A DNA stretch of 64,000 nt from Candidatus Daviesbacteria bacterium RIFCSPLOWO2_01_FULL_39_23 (GTDB lineage: Bacteria; Patescibacteriota; Microgenomatia; Daviesbacterales; UBA10151). The notes under the pieces were generated by a model. It saw only the letters and a list, made by a program, of their open reading frames with translations, was not told where the DNA came from and made no database searches. Shown here one piece after another: positions 27,633 to 38,449 of the stretch. The stretch covers positions 102,578 to 166,577 of the forward strand of contig MFDN01000015.1 in NCBI GenBank assembly GCA_001776935.1. Reading direction: 5' to 3'. Made by a program: the position numbers and the translations under genes. Numbering within the stretch: the first letter of the stretch is position 1; every line of letters begins with the position of its first letter.

Positions 27633-28042
27633 TGGCATTACTTCAACCAAAAAGGACTAAGCATAGAAAAACATTCAGAGGCAAAAGAGGCGGGGTGGCA
27701 ACAAGAGGCAATAGTTTATCTTTCGGGACTTTTGGATTAAAGTCTATGGAAGCGGGTTGGATTACCGCAAGACAGCTGGAGGCGGCAAGAAGAGCTATGG
27801 CTCATTTCACACAAAGGGGTGGCCGTATTTGGATCAAGATTTTTCCGGACAAGCCTATTACCAAGCATCCGGCAGAATCTAGGATGGGTTCCGGTAAAGG
27901 TGATGTAGAAGGATATGTGGCAGTTGTAAAGCCGGGACAATTGATTTTTGAAATGGGTGCTGTTGAAAAAATAACAGCAGCGGAGGCATTTCGTTTGGCC
28001 GCTCACAAGCTGCCGCTTGGTACCAAATTTGTGGAGAAATAA
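27632..28042 (+). CDS. rplP: 50S ribosomal protein L16
   Basis: Canonical L16. Confidence 0.96.
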   Translation: MALLQPKRTKHRKTFRGKRGGVATRGNSLSFGTFGLKSMEAGWITARQLEAARRAMAHFTQRGGRIWIKIFPDKPITKHPAESRMGSGKGDVEGYVAVVKPGQLIFEMGAVEKITAAEAFRLAAHKLPLGTKFVEK

Positions 28043-28044
28043 AT

Positions 28045-28380
28045 ATGAAAAAAAACGATTTTGTGCAAATAAAAGGTATGGATTTAAAGGAATTGGCGGG
28101 TAAAGATAAGGATCTGAAAAAAGAAATAGCAGACTTGACTTTGGATAAAAATATGAAAAAATTAAAAGATTTAAAAATTATAGCGAAAAAGAAAAAAGAC
28201 AGAGCACAAGTTCTGACTGTGATTAAACAAAAAGAACTGCTCAAGCAGTTAGAATCAATCGTCGGTAATTCTGCCAAAGACCAAAAGAACGAGCTTCGTC
28301 AAGCACAACAAGAGCAAGGTAAAAAAGTGTCAAAAGAAGAAGAAATATCAGACAAAAGAAAGGAGAAAACTAGTTCCTAG
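28045..28380 (+). CDS. rpmC: 50S ribosomal protein L29 with a C-terminal extension
   Basis: L29 core with an extended K/E-rich tail. Confidence 0.85.
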   Translation: MKKNDFVQIKGMDLKELAGKDKDLKKEIADLTLDKNMKKLKDLKIIAKKKKDRAQVLTVIKQKELLKQLESIVGNSAKDQKNELRQAQQEQGKKVSKEEEISDKRKEKTSS

Positions 28381-28404
28381 AGTCTAGTAACTAGTCGCAA
28401 ATTA

Positions 28405-28788
28405 ATGATAGGTAGAGTTGTTTCAATAAAAACAGATAAAACTGCTACGGTTATAGTCAGCAGGATAGCAAAGCATCCTTTATATAAGAAAACCTTTATC
28501 AGAACTAAAAAATATCTGGTTGATGCAGATACAGGAGTACAGGAAGGGGATATGGTGGAAATGATTAAAGTGAGGCCAATCTCCAAAAATAAACATTGGA
28601 AAATTACTAAAGTAGTCGGAAAGAATTTGGAGGAAATTACAAAAGAAAAATTAAAAAGCGAGGCTGAGAAAATAATTGCAGAAGTAATGCCGGAAGAGAA
28701 GAAAGAAGTGCAAACTGATGAGGGAAAAGTGATAAGTCAGAAAAAAGAAGATTCAAAAGAGAAAAAGGAGAAAAAAGGGAAAGAATAG
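28405..28788 (+). CDS. rpsQ: 30S ribosomal protein S17 with a C-terminal extension
   Basis: IGRVVSIKTDKTATVIVSR is canonical S17. An extra K/E tail is present. Confidence 0.92.
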   Translation: MIGRVVSIKTDKTATVIVSRIAKHPLYKKTFIRTKKYLVDADTGVQEGDMVEMIKVRPISKNKHWKITKVVGKNLEEITKEKLKSEAEKIIAEVMPEEKKEVQTDEGKVISQKKEDSKEKKEKKGKE

Positions 28789-28827
28789 ACTTTGCACTTA
28801 GCACTATTCACTATTCCCTAATTTTTT

Positions 28828-29196
28828 ATGGTACAACACAGGACAAGATTGACGGTAGCAGATAATAGCGGCGCAAAATCGATTCAAGTGATTCAGCCTC
28901 TTGGCGGATCAGGTAAAAGAAAAGCGAGCCTTGGGCAGGTGGTTGTGGCAGTGGTGAAAGGCGCAGATCCTAATGGCCAGGTTAAAAATCACGAGGTCAT
29001 TAAAGTGGTGATTGTCAGGACTAAAAAAGAGGTAAGGCGTGATGATGGTTCGTATATAAAATTTGACGATAACGCAGGGGTGGTTATAGACAATGACGGA
29101 AATCTACGAGCTACCCGGATATTCGGACCTATTGCAAGAGAAGTACGGGATGCCGGATATACAAAAATTATTTCGTTAGCACAGGAGGTTTGGTAG
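28828..29196 (+). CDS. rplN: 50S ribosomal protein L14
   Basis: Canonical L14. Confidence 0.96.
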   Translation: MVQHRTRLTVADNSGAKSIQVIQPLGGSGKRKASLGQVVVAVVKGADPNGQVKNHEVIKVVIVRTKKEVRRDDGSYIKFDDNAGVVIDNDGNLRATRIFGPIAREVRDAGYTKIISLAQEVW

Positions 29197-29212
29197 TTCG
29201 ACTACGCTCACT

Positions 29213-29533
29213 ATGAAAATACAAAAAGGTGATAAAGTCAAAATACTTTTGGGTAAAGACCGCGGCAAAGAAGGCAAGGTTGAGTATGTTTTGGGTAAAG
29301 AAAGTAAAGTCTTTGTCGGCGGAATAAATTTAAGCAAAAGACACGTAAGAAAGCATGGAAATATGGAAGGCGGGATTATTGAAATACCTAAACCTTTGAA
29401 TGTGTCAAATGTAGCTTTGATTTGCCCAAACTGCAATAAAATTACAAGGATAGGGTTTAAGACAACGGCAGATACTAAAGTGAGAATATGCAGGAAATGT
29501 GATAAGGAGATTAAATCAAATGCAAAGGCTTAA
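29213..29533 (+). CDS. rplX: 50S ribosomal protein L24 carrying a C-terminal CxxC...CxxC zinc-ribbon
   Basis: KOW motif at the N-terminus. C-terminal CPNCNK...CRKCDK. Confidence 0.9.
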   Translation: MKIQKGDKVKILLGKDRGKEGKVEYVLGKESKVFVGGINLSKRHVRKHGNMEGGIIEIPKPLNVSNVALICPNCNKITRIGFKTTADTKVRICRKCDKEIKSNAKA

Positions 29534-30059
29534 AGAAAAATATATTAAAGAAATAAAAGGTAAATTACAACAGGACCTAGGCTTAAAAAACAGCATGGCT
29601 ACGCCCAAAGTAACCAAAATTGTTATAAATATTGGTTTAGGTGAGGCAAAAGATAATAGCGGCATTTTGGACAAAGTGAAAGTTTACTTTTCTCAATTGG
29701 CTGGACAATCTCCTGTTGTAACGCTGGCAAAAAAGTCTATAGCATCATTTAAAGTCAGCCAGGGACAAGCGATTGGTATGATGGTAACCTTAAGAGGTGA
29801 TAAAATGTATGCTTTCTTGGATAAGTTAGTAAGTATTGTTTTGCCGAAGGTAAGAGATTTTAAAGGAATATCTGCAAATTCTTTTGATAGTTTTGGGAAT
29901 TTAAATATCGGCTTAAAAGAGCAGATTATTTTCCCGGAAGTGGATTATAAGAGCGTAGACAAAACAAGGGGTTTGGCAGTGACTATTACAACCAGTGCCA
30001 AAAATAAAGAAGAAGGTAAAAAATTATTGGAATATTTAGGGATGCCCTTTAGGAGTTAG
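29520..30059 (+). CDS. rplE: 50S ribosomal protein L5
   Basis: Canonical L5. The start is taken at the internal Met MQRLKEKY, which gives a short overlap with rplX. Confidence 0.93.
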   Translation: MQRLKEKYIKEIKGKLQQDLGLKNSMATPKVTKIVINIGLGEAKDNSGILDKVKVYFSQLAGQSPVVTLAKKSIASFKVSQGQAIGMMVTLRGDKMYAFLDKLVSIVLPKVRDFKGISANSFDSFGNLNIGLKEQIIFPEVDYKSVDKTRGLAVTITTSAKNKEEGKKLLEYLGMPFRS

Positions 30060-30062
30060 GTT

Positions 30063-30242
30063 ATGGCTAAAGTATCAAACATTGTAAAAAAGAAATTTAA
30101 ATATGATATACAAATAAGAAACCGATGTATGCGGTGCGGCCGTCCGCGGGCATATATTAGGAAATTTGGGCTTTGCAGATTGTGTTTTAGAGAGTTTGCA
30201 CATATGGGATTACTTCCCGGAGTCAAGAAAGCGAGTTGGTAA
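30063..30242 (+). CDS. rpsN: 30S ribosomal protein S14 type Z (zinc-binding, 59 aa). It is below the length threshold of the ORF track
   Basis: [59 protein letters not shown] carries the CxxC...CxxC motif. It sits in the expected position between rplE and rpsH. Confidence 0.9.
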   Translation: MAKVSNIVKKKFKYDIQIRNRCMRCGRPRAYIRKFGLCRLCFREFAHMGLLPGVKKASW

Positions 30243-30243
30243 T

Positions 30244-30618
30244 ATGGATCCAGTAGCAGATGCATTAATCAGAATAAAAAACGGTTATTCGGTTGGTAAA
30301 GTTTCTGTGGAGGTAAGGTTCTCCAAACTTATATGGAAACTTTTAAAACTGCTTTTGGAAAAAGGATATCTTTCCGGCGTTGAGCAAAAGGAAAGAGAAA
30401 TTTTAGTGACTTTAAAGTATGATTCCCGAATCCCGGCTATAACTTCTGTTCAAAGAGTGTCGAGGCCTTCTTTAAGAGTTTACAAAGGCGCTAAGGACCT
30501 GCCGCATGTATTAAACGGTTTAGGTATAGCGGTTATTTCAACGCCTAAAGGTTTGATGACTGATAAAGATGCGCGTAAGATTGGCCTGGGAGGGGAGGTA
30601 TTGGCGCTGGTTTGGTAG
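30244..30618 (+). CDS. rpsH: 30S ribosomal protein S8
   Basis: MDPVADALIRIKNG is canonical S8. The ORF-track start at 30166 is spurious upstream read-through. Confidence 0.93.
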   Translation: MDPVADALIRIKNGYSVGKVSVEVRFSKLIWKLLKLLLEKGYLSGVEQKEREILVTLKYDSRIPAITSVQRVSRPSLRVYKGAKDLPHVLNGLGIAVISTPKGLMTDKDARKIGLGGEVLALVW

Positions 30619-30631
30619 TCCAAAATAAAAT

Positions 30632-31195
30632 ATGAGCAGAATTGGAAATGCACCTATTATAATACCGTCCGGTGTGACTGTTGAAAAAAACGGCAGTACT
30701 GTTAGTGTGAATGGGCCAAAAGGCACCTTGTCGGTAGAATTGGATGCAAATATTTCCCTGGAGATTGAAGGGGATAAAATTATTGTTAAGAGAAAAAACG
30801 ATCTAAAGAAAGTTAAGGCCATGCACGGTTTGATAAGAAGTTTAATTGCCAATATGATAACAGGAGTAAACAGCCTTTGGAGTAAAGACTTGGAATTGGT
30901 TGGGGTTGGATTTAGAGCGCAGGCTCAAGGCAGTAAATTGGTACTTAATGTTGGTTTCTCGCACCCGGTAGAAATTGTGGCACCGGAAGGAATTTCTTTT
31001 GAAGTAGTAGATAATACCAAGATTAAGGTTTCGGGAATAGATAAGCAATTGGTCGGGCAAATTGCAGCCGATATTAAAAAGGTTAGAATTCCGGATGTGT
31101 ATAAAGGTAAAGGAATAAGGTATAAGGACGAATATATAAGGAAGAAAGTAGGAAAGAGCGCAAAGGTCGGAGCAACCGGAGCAGGAGGTAAGTAA
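30632..31195 (+). CDS. rplF: 50S ribosomal protein L6
   Basis: Canonical L6. Confidence 0.95.
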   Translation: MSRIGNAPIIIPSGVTVEKNGSTVSVNGPKGTLSVELDANISLEIEGDKIIVKRKNDLKKVKAMHGLIRSLIANMITGVNSLWSKDLELVGVGFRAQAQGSKLVLNVGFSHPVEIVAPEGISFEVVDNTKIKVSGIDKQLVGQIAADIKKVRIPDVYKGKGIRYKDEYIRKKVGKSAKVGATGAGGK

Positions 31196-31198
31196 ACT

Positions 31199-31534
31199 AT
31201 GAAAAGACAATCGAGAATAAGCAGACATAATAAAATAAGAAAAGAAGTTATAGGTACGAAAGACCGGCCCAGGTTATCTGTATTCCGTTCAAATCAGCAT
31301 ATATATGCTCAGATTATAGATGATGCTACCGGGAAAACATTAGCAGCGGCAGCAGACTTTAAAATGGAAAAAATACAAAAAAGTAAAAAGGCCTATGAGG
31401 TGGGAAAAGAATTGGCGAAAACTGCGCAAAAGCTCAAAATTAAAAAAGTGGTATTTGACAGAGGTGGATTTTTATATCATGGCAGAGTGGCAGAGCTTGC
31501 AAAAGGCGCAAGAGAAGGAGGATTAGAATTTTAA
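31199..31534 (+). CDS. rplR: 50S ribosomal protein L18
   Basis: Canonical L18. Confidence 0.94.
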   Translation: MKRQSRISRHNKIRKEVIGTKDRPRLSVFRSNQHIYAQIIDDATGKTLAAAADFKMEKIQKSKKAYEVGKELAKTAQKLKIKKVVFDRGGFLYHGRVAELAKGAREGGLEF

Positions 31535-31546
31535 TCTAAATAATTT

Positions 31547-32038
31547 ATGAATAATAGAAATAGAAGACCAGAGCATAAAATGGAGCAACCCGGCGGAGAA
31601 GAATTTTTTGAACGGGTTGTTAAAGTAAACCGCGTTTCCAAAAAAACAAAAGGCGGAGATAAAAGATCCCTATCTGTTTTGGTAGTGGTTGGAGATAAAA
31701 AAGGTAAAGTGGGGGTAGGTTTAGGCAAGGCTGTTGAAGTTCAGTCTGCTGTTAGAAAAGCTACGTCTTATGCACGAAAGCATTTAATTGAGGTATCCTT
31801 AAAAGGCAGAACCATACCTCATCAGGTGTTCGTTAAAAGCGGAGCAGCAAAAGTGCTTTTAAAGCCGGCGCCGCTGGGGACCGGTGTGATTGCAGGCGGA
31901 GCAATAAGGATAGTAGCTGAAGCAGCAGGCATTCATGATATTGTTGCTAAGATCTTAGGCACCAAAAATCAGGCATCGAATGTTTATGCAACACTTGAAG
32001 CGTTAGGGAAACTTAAAAATGTAAATGGAGGCAAATAA
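31547..32038 (+). CDS. rpsE: 30S ribosomal protein S5
   Basis: Canonical S5. Confidence 0.95.
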   Translation: MNNRNRRPEHKMEQPGGEEFFERVVKVNRVSKKTKGGDKRSLSVLVVVGDKKGKVGVGLGKAVEVQSAVRKATSYARKHLIEVSLKGRTIPHQVFVKSGAAKVLLKPAPLGTGVIAGGAIRIVAEAAGIHDIVAKILGTKNQASNVYATLEALGKLKNVNGGK

Positions 32039-32045
32039 GCTTAAT

Positions 32046-32480
32046 ATGAAATTGAATGAACTAATAAAAATTAATGCCCGGTCTAATAAGCGGTTAGGGC
32101 GCGGAGTGGGGTCGGGTAAAGGAAAGACTGCAGGACGGGGCACCAAGGGGCAAAAGGCCAGAGGTAAAATCCCGGCCACTTTTACCGGCAGTCTTGCTTT
32201 CTTTAAAAAATTACCTCTAAAAAGAGGAAAAGGAAATTTGAATCTGTCAGAAAAAATTAAAGTAATAAATCTTTCACAGCTTACCGGTTTTAAAGCAAAA
32301 GAAATTGTGGATACAGAGAAGCTTATCCTGGCAAAAATTATTTCAAAAAAAGATGCCAAAAAAGGAGTGAAGGTTTTGGGAGGCGGAGACATAGAGACTG
32401 CATTAATTATTAAACTTTCCGTCTCCGATGCTGCCCGCAAGAAGATCGAAAAAGTGGGCGGAAAGGTTATGGATGCCTAG
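32046..32480 (+). CDS. rplO: 50S ribosomal protein L15. No L30 gene lies between rpsE and rplO
   Basis: [29 protein letters not shown] is canonical L15. The start is taken at the internal Met. Confidence 0.92.
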   Translation: MKLNELIKINARSNKRLGRGVGSGKGKTAGRGTKGQKARGKIPATFTGSLAFFKKLPLKRGKGNLNLSEKIKVINLSQLTGFKAKEIVDTEKLILAKIISKKDAKKGVKVLGGGDIETALIIKLSVSDAARKKIEKVGGKVMDA

Positions 32481-33765
32481 TATATTGTCCCCGATTATTA
32501 GTGCGTTTAAGATTAAAGAACTTCGAAGAAAAATCATTATCACAACAATATTGGTAATAATTTTTAGAATTTCTGCGCATATTCCCGTTTCTGGAGTAGA
32601 TTTACAAGGACTCCAGCAGCTTTTTTCCTCCAATCAATTCCTGGGACTTTTAGACATTTTCTCCGGCGGAACTTTAGCCAATTTTTCCATTATTTCTCTT
32701 GGCCTTAATCCTTATATTAATGCCTCAATAATATTTCAATTATTAACAATGATAAGTCCTAAGCTGGAGGCTTTATCTAAAGAAGGTGAGACGGGCAGGC
32801 AAATGATAAATCAGTATACAAGATACTTAACCGTACCCCTTGCAATATTGCAGTCAATTGGAATGTTTGTGCTCTTAAAAAACCAGGGAATAATTACTCA
32901 GACATCTCCACTGCAGATAGCTTCTATTATTGTTGGAATGACTGCCGGGACAATTTTTTTGATGTGGATTGGAGAATTGATTACAGAATACGGTATTGGC
33001 AACGGTATATCGCTGTTAATTTTTGCAGGGATTGTTTCGCGTGTTCCGGTAGTGTTGACACAGACCGTTTCCGTCGTAGACCAAACACAGATTATCAATA
33101 TTCTTCTCTTTCTGATTCTGGGGATATTAACTGTGGCAGGAGTAGTTTTTATTAATGAAGGAAGAAGGCAGATAGCTGTGGCGTATGCCAGAAGGTTTGC
33201 AAACGGTAAAGGCTCAGACAGCGGCGCTCAGACTTACTTGCCTCTGCGAGTTAATCAAGCAGGAGTTATCCCTATAATTTTTGCCGTTTCTTTAGTATTG
33301 GTTCCCTCTTTTGCAGGTTCTTATCTTGCAGGATTGCCTAATCCGGGGTTAGCGTCTATAGGCAGGCTCTTGGCGGCGAATTTCAATCCGGGAAGTCTTG
33401 TTTATAACCTGGTTTATTTTATTTTGGTGGTAGGTTTCACCTTTTTCTATACTGCTGTGATATTTAATCCTACTAAAGTTGCAGAAGAAATTAAAAAATA
33501 CGGAGGATTTATTCCGGGGATACGCCCGGGTGTTCAGACAGCGGCCTTTCTAAATTATATTATGGTTAGAATTACTTTAGCAGGAGCATTATTTTTAGGT
33601 GCAATTGCGGTTTTACCTTCGCTTGCCTCCTCTGTAACAGGGATTCAGACTTTAATCATAGGAGGAACAGGGCTTTTAATCGTAGTCTCAGTCATTTTGG
33701 ATACTGCTAAACAATTTGAAAGTAAACTGATAGAGCGAAGTTATGATGTGTTTGCAAGAAAATAA
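32473..33765 (+). CDS. secY: preprotein translocase subunit SecY
   Basis: 10-TM topology and SecY signature regions. The start is taken at MPSILSPII. Confidence 0.95.
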   Translation: MPSILSPIISAFKIKELRRKIIITTILVIIFRISAHIPVSGVDLQGLQQLFSSNQFLGLLDIFSGGTLANFSIISLGLNPYINASIIFQLLTMISPKLEALSKEGETGRQMINQYTRYLTVPLAILQSIGMFVLLKNQGIITQTSPLQIASIIVGMTAGTIFLMWIGELITEYGIGNGISLLIFAGIVSRVPVVLTQTVSVVDQTQIINILLFLILGILTVAGVVFINEGRRQIAVAYARRFANGKGSDSGAQTYLPLRVNQAGVIPIIFAVSLVLVPSFAGSYLAGLPNPGLASIGRLLAANFNPGSLVYNLVYFILVVGFTFFYTAVIFNPTKVAEEIKKYGGFIPGIRPGVQTAAFLNYIMVRITLAGALFLGAIAVLPSLASSVTGIQTLIIGGTGLLIVVSVILDTAKQFESKLIERSYDVFARK

Positions 33766-33773
33766 AAAATATT

Positions 33774-34298
33774 ATGAAAATATTACTAATTGGACCGCAG
33801 GGATCAGGTAAATCAACACAGGCAGAACTTCTTGCCCAGCATTTGGGTCTGTCAAAAATTTCCACAGGAGATATTTTCAGAGAGTTGTCAAAAGAAAACT
33901 CAGAAGAGGGTATGCGGATAAGGCAAATTGCAAATGAAGGAAAATTAGTTGATGATGAAACAACGGCAAAGATTGTGGAACAAAGACTTAAAAAGGAAGA
34001 CTCAAGTAATGGATTTATTTTAGACGGCTATCCGAGGAATATAAGGCAAAAACAAATTTTTGATCCTGGTTTTGATAAAGTTATTTTTCTTAAAGTTTCT
34101 GATGAAGAAGTTATTAAAAGGCTTACAGCAAGAGGACGGGCAGACGATAGTCCGGAGGCAATTAAAACCCGTCTAAATTTATATTACGGGCAAACTGTAC
34201 CGCTTTTAGATGATTATAAAAATAAGGGGTTATTGATTGAGATAGATGGTGCCGGCAGTATCGAAGATGTTCAAAATGAAATTCGGAAAGCATTTTAA
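33774..34298 (+). CDS. adk: adenylate kinase (short form)
   Basis: GPQGSGKSTQAELLA P-loop and a conserved Adk core. Confidence 0.92.
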   Translation: MKILLIGPQGSGKSTQAELLAQHLGLSKISTGDIFRELSKENSEEGMRIRQIANEGKLVDDETTAKIVEQRLKKEDSSNGFILDGYPRNIRQKQIFDPGFDKVIFLKVSDEEVIKRLTARGRADDSPEAIKTRLNLYYGQTVPLLDDYKNKGLLIEIDGAGSIEDVQNEIRKAF

Positions 34299-34333
34299 AA
34301 TATACTTTCCGGAGGAATTTATTTTAATCAATT

Positions 34334-35083
34334 ATGAAGGTGAGAAATGTTTATGAGCAGGGGTTGATGAGGAAGTCTGGGGTGATTGCCGCAAAAGCCC
34401 TTAAACGCGCCATAGAGGCGATTAAGGTTGGCGTTAGCGAGATTGAGGTGGATAAAGAAGTTTGTGAAGAAATTTACAGATTGGGCGGGGATTTATCTTA
34501 TAAAACCGTTCCGGGATATAAATATGCAACATGTATTACAGTAAATGAACAAGTGGTGCATGGTATACCTACCGGCAGAAAGTTTGAGGATGGTGATTTA
34601 GTAAGCGTAGATTTGGCAGTCATGTATAAGGGTTGGCACACGGATTGCGCCTGGAGCATATTAGTCGGTAAAGATCCGCAGAAGGAAAGGTTTTTGCAAA
34701 TTGGAGAACAGGCTTTATGGGAAGGGATAAAACAGGCCATTGATAATAATAGGGTTGGGGATATATCATATGCTATTCAAACAGAAGTTGAAAAGGGCGG
34801 GTATCAAGTAGTCAGAAGTTTGGTAGGTCATGGAGTAGGCAGGAAATTGCATGAAGAACCGGAAATACCGGGCTTTGGTACAAAAGGCGCGGGACCTCTT
34901 TTGAAAAGAGGCAATACGCTGGCAATTGAAGTAATTTATACGCAAGGGGGGAAAGATGTAGTTTTAGATACAGATGGGTGGACTTTTAAAACAGCGGATG
35001 ACTCATGGGGAGGGCTTTTTGAGATGAGCGTGATTGTAGATAAACAGAAAGCTGAGATCTTAACAGACTGGCGAAATGTTTAA
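34334..35083 (+). CDS. map: methionine aminopeptidase type I
   Basis: Metal ligands in DLVSVDLAV, HGVGRKLHEEP and ExxxTxxGW. Confidence 0.93.
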   Translation: MKVRNVYEQGLMRKSGVIAAKALKRAIEAIKVGVSEIEVDKEVCEEIYRLGGDLSYKTVPGYKYATCITVNEQVVHGIPTGRKFEDGDLVSVDLAVMYKGWHTDCAWSILVGKDPQKERFLQIGEQALWEGIKQAIDNNRVGDISYAIQTEVEKGGYQVVRSLVGHGVGRKLHEEPEIPGFGTKGAGPLLKRGNTLAIEVIYTQGGKDVVLDTDGWTFKTADDSWGGLFEMSVIVDKQKAEILTDWRNV

Positions 35084-35131
35084 CCCCATAGTGGGTTGAC
35101 GGTTTGTGCGTAATCTGCTAAAATCGATTGA

Positions 35132-35413
35132 TTGATTAATATGATGAATACAAATAAGTTTGCTGCCGGCGTGATAAAGGATGTTATTGAAGTAGAAGGA
35201 AAGGTTAGGGAGGTGTTGCCGAATACTTTATTTAGGGTTGAAATTGATAGAAGTGTTTCGGTGCCCGAGTTGATTGGAAGGATTATTTTGTGTCATATTT
35301 CGGGAAAAATGAGAATGCATTACATCAGGCTTTTGGAAGGCGATCGGGTGAAGATTGAAATGAGTCCAAAATATGATTTGGATAAGGGAAGGATAACGTT
35401 TAGACTAAAATAA
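35132..35413 (+). CDS. infA: translation initiation factor IF-1
   Basis: S1-like fold with [19 protein letters not shown]. The N-terminal start is ambiguous (Mets at aa 1, 4 and 5). Confidence 0.88.
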   Translation: MINMMNTNKFAAGVIKDVIEVEGKVREVLPNTLFRVEIDRSVSVPELIGRIILCHISGKMRMHYIRLLEGDRVKIEMSPKYDLDKGRITFRLK

Positions 35414-35460
35414 TTGTTATTAACAATTATAACAGTTATAAACATTATAAAAAGTATAGT

Positions 35461-35577
35461 ATGAAAGTACAAGCAAGTATAAAAGCACGTTGTAAATTTT
35501 GTAAAGTCGTTAAACGCGAGGGTATGTTGTATATTATTTGCTCTCGTGACCCGAGACATAAACAAAAACAAGGATAA
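35461..35577 (+). CDS. rpmJ: 50S ribosomal protein L36 (38 aa), below the ORF-track threshold
   Basis: [38 protein letters not shown] carries the canonical L36 zinc ribbon. Confidence 0.92.
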   Translation: MKVQASIKARCKFCKVVKREGMLYIICSRDPRHKQKQG

Positions 35578-35587
35578 AAATAAAAAT

Positions 35588-36001
35588 ATGGCACGTATTG
35601 CTGGTGTTGATCTGCCGGAAAATAAAAGAGTTGATATTGGATTAACTTATATCTTTGGTATCGGTCGTTCAAATGTGGCCAAAGTTATAAAAGTTGCACA
35701 AGTGGCACCGGATAAGAGGATTAAGGATTTAACTGAGGAGGAGATTGGTAAATTGCAAAAAAGCGTTGAGCAGTTTAAGGTAGAAGGAGATCTTAGGCAG
35801 GAAATTGAACAAAACATAAAAAGACTTGAGGAGATTGGAAGCTATAGAGGTACAAGACATAGAAAAGGACTGCCCTCAAGAGGACAGAGAACTAGAAGCA
35901 ATGCAAGAACTAAACGGGGTAAGAGAAAAACTGTTGGTACTGTCAGGAAAGAAGTTGTTGCAAAGACTGGCGGAGAAACCGGAGGAGAAGCTAAGAAATG
36001 A
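35588..36001 (+). CDS. rpsM: 30S ribosomal protein S13
   Basis: [15 protein letters not shown] is canonical. The ORF-track start at 35546 overlaps rpmJ and is rejected. Confidence 0.94.
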   Translation: MARIAGVDLPENKRVDIGLTYIFGIGRSNVAKVIKVAQVAPDKRIKDLTEEEIGKLQKSVEQFKVEGDLRQEIEQNIKRLEEIGSYRGTRHRKGLPSRGQRTRSNARTKRGKRKTVGTVRKEVVAKTGGETGGEAKK

Positions 36002-36393
36002 CAAAAAAACAGATAAAAACTAAAGTGATAAAAAAAGTGGAAAAAAGGGTCACAAGCGGCAGAGTATATGTTACTGCGACTTTTAATAATACTCTCGTTA
36101 CTTTAACAGATATCTCTGGTAATGCTTTGGCTTGGGGCACTTCCGGAACAGCAGGTTTTAAAGGGGCTAGGCGCGCAACGCCGTATGCCGCTATTTCTGC
36201 TATGGAAAAAGTTACACAAAAAGCCAAAGGTTTTGGAATGAATACAGTCGAAGTATATATTAAAGGTCCTGGCTCAGGGAGAGACGCTACAATTAAGGCA
36301 CTCCGGAGCGCAGGAATAAATATCACTATGATTGCCGATGTAACGCCGATACCGCACAATGGCCCCAGACCTAAAAAAAGGAGGAGGGTTTAA
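35998..36393 (+). CDS. rpsK: 30S ribosomal protein S11
   Basis: Canonical S11. Confidence 0.95.
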   Translation: MTKKQIKTKVIKKVEKRVTSGRVYVTATFNNTLVTLTDISGNALAWGTSGTAGFKGARRATPYAAISAMEKVTQKAKGFGMNTVEVYIKGPGSGRDATIKALRSAGINITMIADVTPIPHNGPRPKKRRRV

Positions 36394-36995
36394 TGGCAAG
36401 ATATACAGGACCTAAACGTAGGTTATCCAGAAGAGAGGGTTTTGCTCTTTTTGCCAAAGATGCAAAGGCTTTAGAGAAAAAAGGAGCAGTACCGCCAGGA
36501 CAGCACGGAATTGGCAGAAGAAGACGGATATCGGAATATGGTGTACAACTTAGGGAAAAACAAAAAGCTAAAAGAATTTTCGGGTTACTGGAAAAACAAT
36601 TCAAGCGATACTTTGAGCAAGCCTCTAAAGTAAAAGGTGCAACTGGGCTTGCATTGCTTCAGGTTTTAGAAACCCGGCTAGATAATGTAGTTTATCGTTT
36701 AGGTTTTGCCAAGAGCCGGGATGGCGCAAGACAATTGGTTAGTCATGGACATATTAAAGTAGATGATAAAAAAGTGGCTATTCCTTCTTATCAAGTGGGC
36801 ATAAATCAAACTATTGCAATCTCAGACAAATTAAGAGATAATACTCAGATCAAAAAGAGTTTAGAGGAATCTGAAACCTTGCCGGAGTGGCTTGAAAAAC
36901 GCGCCACAGTGGGCAAGGTTTTAAGAAATCCTGCTAGAGAAGAAATGGAGCAGTCGATTGACGAACAACTTATCGTAGAGTTTTATTCTAGATAA
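36393..36995 (+). CDS. rpsD: 30S ribosomal protein S4
   Basis: [16 protein letters not shown] is canonical S4. Confidence 0.95.
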   Translation: MARYTGPKRRLSRREGFALFAKDAKALEKKGAVPPGQHGIGRRRRISEYGVQLREKQKAKRIFGLLEKQFKRYFEQASKVKGATGLALLQVLETRLDNVVYRLGFAKSRDGARQLVSHGHIKVDDKKVAIPSYQVGINQTIAISDKLRDNTQIKKSLEESETLPEWLEKRATVGKVLRNPAREEMEQSIDEQLIVEFYSR

Positions 36996-37013
36996 TTTGT
37001 TAAAATTTATATT

Positions 37014-37919
37014 ATGTTTAAAATTAAAACAGAACAAGAGTCAGAAAATTTTGCCCGTATTGCTATTGAACCACTTGAGGTGGGTTTTGGTCACACCTTA
37101 GGAAACAGTTTAAGACGGGTGCTTTTAACTTCTCTGCCGGGCGCTGCTGTAACTTCCATTAAAATTGATGGAATTTCTCATAGATTTTCAACAATAGACG
37201 GAGTGTTGGAAGATGTTATTGAAATTATTTTAAATATTAAAAAGATTCGTTTAAATGTTAATTCTGAAAAAGGAATTAAATTGATTCTTAAAGCATCTGG
37301 CAAGAAAGAAGTTAAGGCCTCAGATCTACAATTAGAAGGTGATGGAGAGATTGTAAATGGCGATCAATGCATTGCAACTTTAACAGATGCAAAATCCAAA
37401 CTTAATATAGAAATGGAAGCTCATGCAGGTAAAGGATACTCAACTGCAGATGAGAGAAAAGGAAGTGAAATTGGAGTGATTGCAGTAGATGCTTTATTCA
37501 GCCCGGTGGTATCAGTCAATTACGGCGTTGAACCAACCCGTGTGGGGCGGAGAACGGACTTTGATAAACTAATGCTAGATGTGACAACGGACGGGACAAT
37601 AACTCCGGTTGAGGCTATGAATTCAGCTGCAAAAATTTTGTCAGAAACTTTCCGTAAAGTCTACGAACCAGATCTTGCAGAAGAGGTAGTAGAAGGGGAA
37701 TCCAAAATCTCCGACGAAGTTTTGAAATTGACTATTGAAGAACTTGATTTGCCTGTAAGAATTACTAATGCTTTAAAGGCGATAGAAATTAATACAATTG
37801 AAGATTTATTGAGTACTCAAAGACAACATCTTTTAAAAGCTAAAAACTTAGGTGTTAAGTCTATAAATTTGATATCGGAGAAGTTAGCTGAGAGGGGGTT
37901 GTCTTTGGGTGAGGCATAG
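37014..37919 (+). CDS. rpoA: DNA-directed RNA polymerase subunit alpha
   Basis: N-terminal dimerisation domain and C-terminal domain are conserved. Confidence 0.95.
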   Translation: MFKIKTEQESENFARIAIEPLEVGFGHTLGNSLRRVLLTSLPGAAVTSIKIDGISHRFSTIDGVLEDVIEIILNIKKIRLNVNSEKGIKLILKASGKKEVKASDLQLEGDGEIVNGDQCIATLTDAKSKLNIEMEAHAGKGYSTADERKGSEIGVIAVDALFSPVVSVNYGVEPTRVGRRTDFDKLMLDVTTDGTITPVEAMNSAAKILSETFRKVYEPDLAEEVVEGESKISDEVLKLTIEELDLPVRITNALKAIEINTIEDLLSTQRQHLLKAKNLGVKSINLISEKLAERGLSLGEA

Positions 37920-38418
37920 AGTTTATGGTAAGCACTTCGGAAGAAATATAGATGAGCGCAAAAGTCTTTTTAAAGGACTTGTGCATTCTTTGATTATTTC
38001 CGGTACTATTTTGACTTCTGAGACAAAAGCCAAAGCGGTTAAAGGATTAATCGATAAGGTGATTAATTTGGCAAAAAATAAGAAAGCAGAAAATAGATTT
38101 CAATCTTTCCTAACTGATAAAACTTTACAAGAGAGATTAATAGGGGAGATTATCCCAAAGCTGGGAACAAGAACCTCAGGATATACCCGTACGGTAAGAA
38201 TAGGACCACGCTTAGGAGATCAAACAACTATGGTTAAGATGAGCCTGATTGGGACAGAAGATTTAAAGCCTTTTGACAAAATGTCAAGTGTCAAGAGACC
38301 AGAGTCAAGCAAAAAAGAAGTTAAAAAAGATACTGTAGAATTGAAACAAAAAATAAGCAAACCGGTTAAAAAAACAAGAATAACCAAGAACGCTAAAAAA
38401 GGAGTAATAAAATCCTAG
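37909..38418 (+). CDS. rplQ: 50S ribosomal protein L17 with a K-rich C-terminal extension
   Basis: L17 core plus an extension of about 50 aa. Confidence 0.9.
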   Translation: MRHRVYGKHFGRNIDERKSLFKGLVHSLIISGTILTSETKAKAVKGLIDKVINLAKNKKAENRFQSFLTDKTLQERLIGEIIPKLGTRTSGYTRTVRIGPRLGDQTTMVKMSLIGTEDLKPFDKMSSVKRPESSKKEVKKDTVELKQKISKPVKKTRITKNAKKGVIKS

Positions 38419-38449
38419 TCTCTAGATTCTAGCGACTGGCCACTTATTT

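Noticed and set aside
30056-30265. 69-aa minus-strand ORF between rplE and rpsH
   Set aside because: It is antisense to the real but sub-threshold rpsN (S14 type Z, 30063-30242) that belongs in this operon position.
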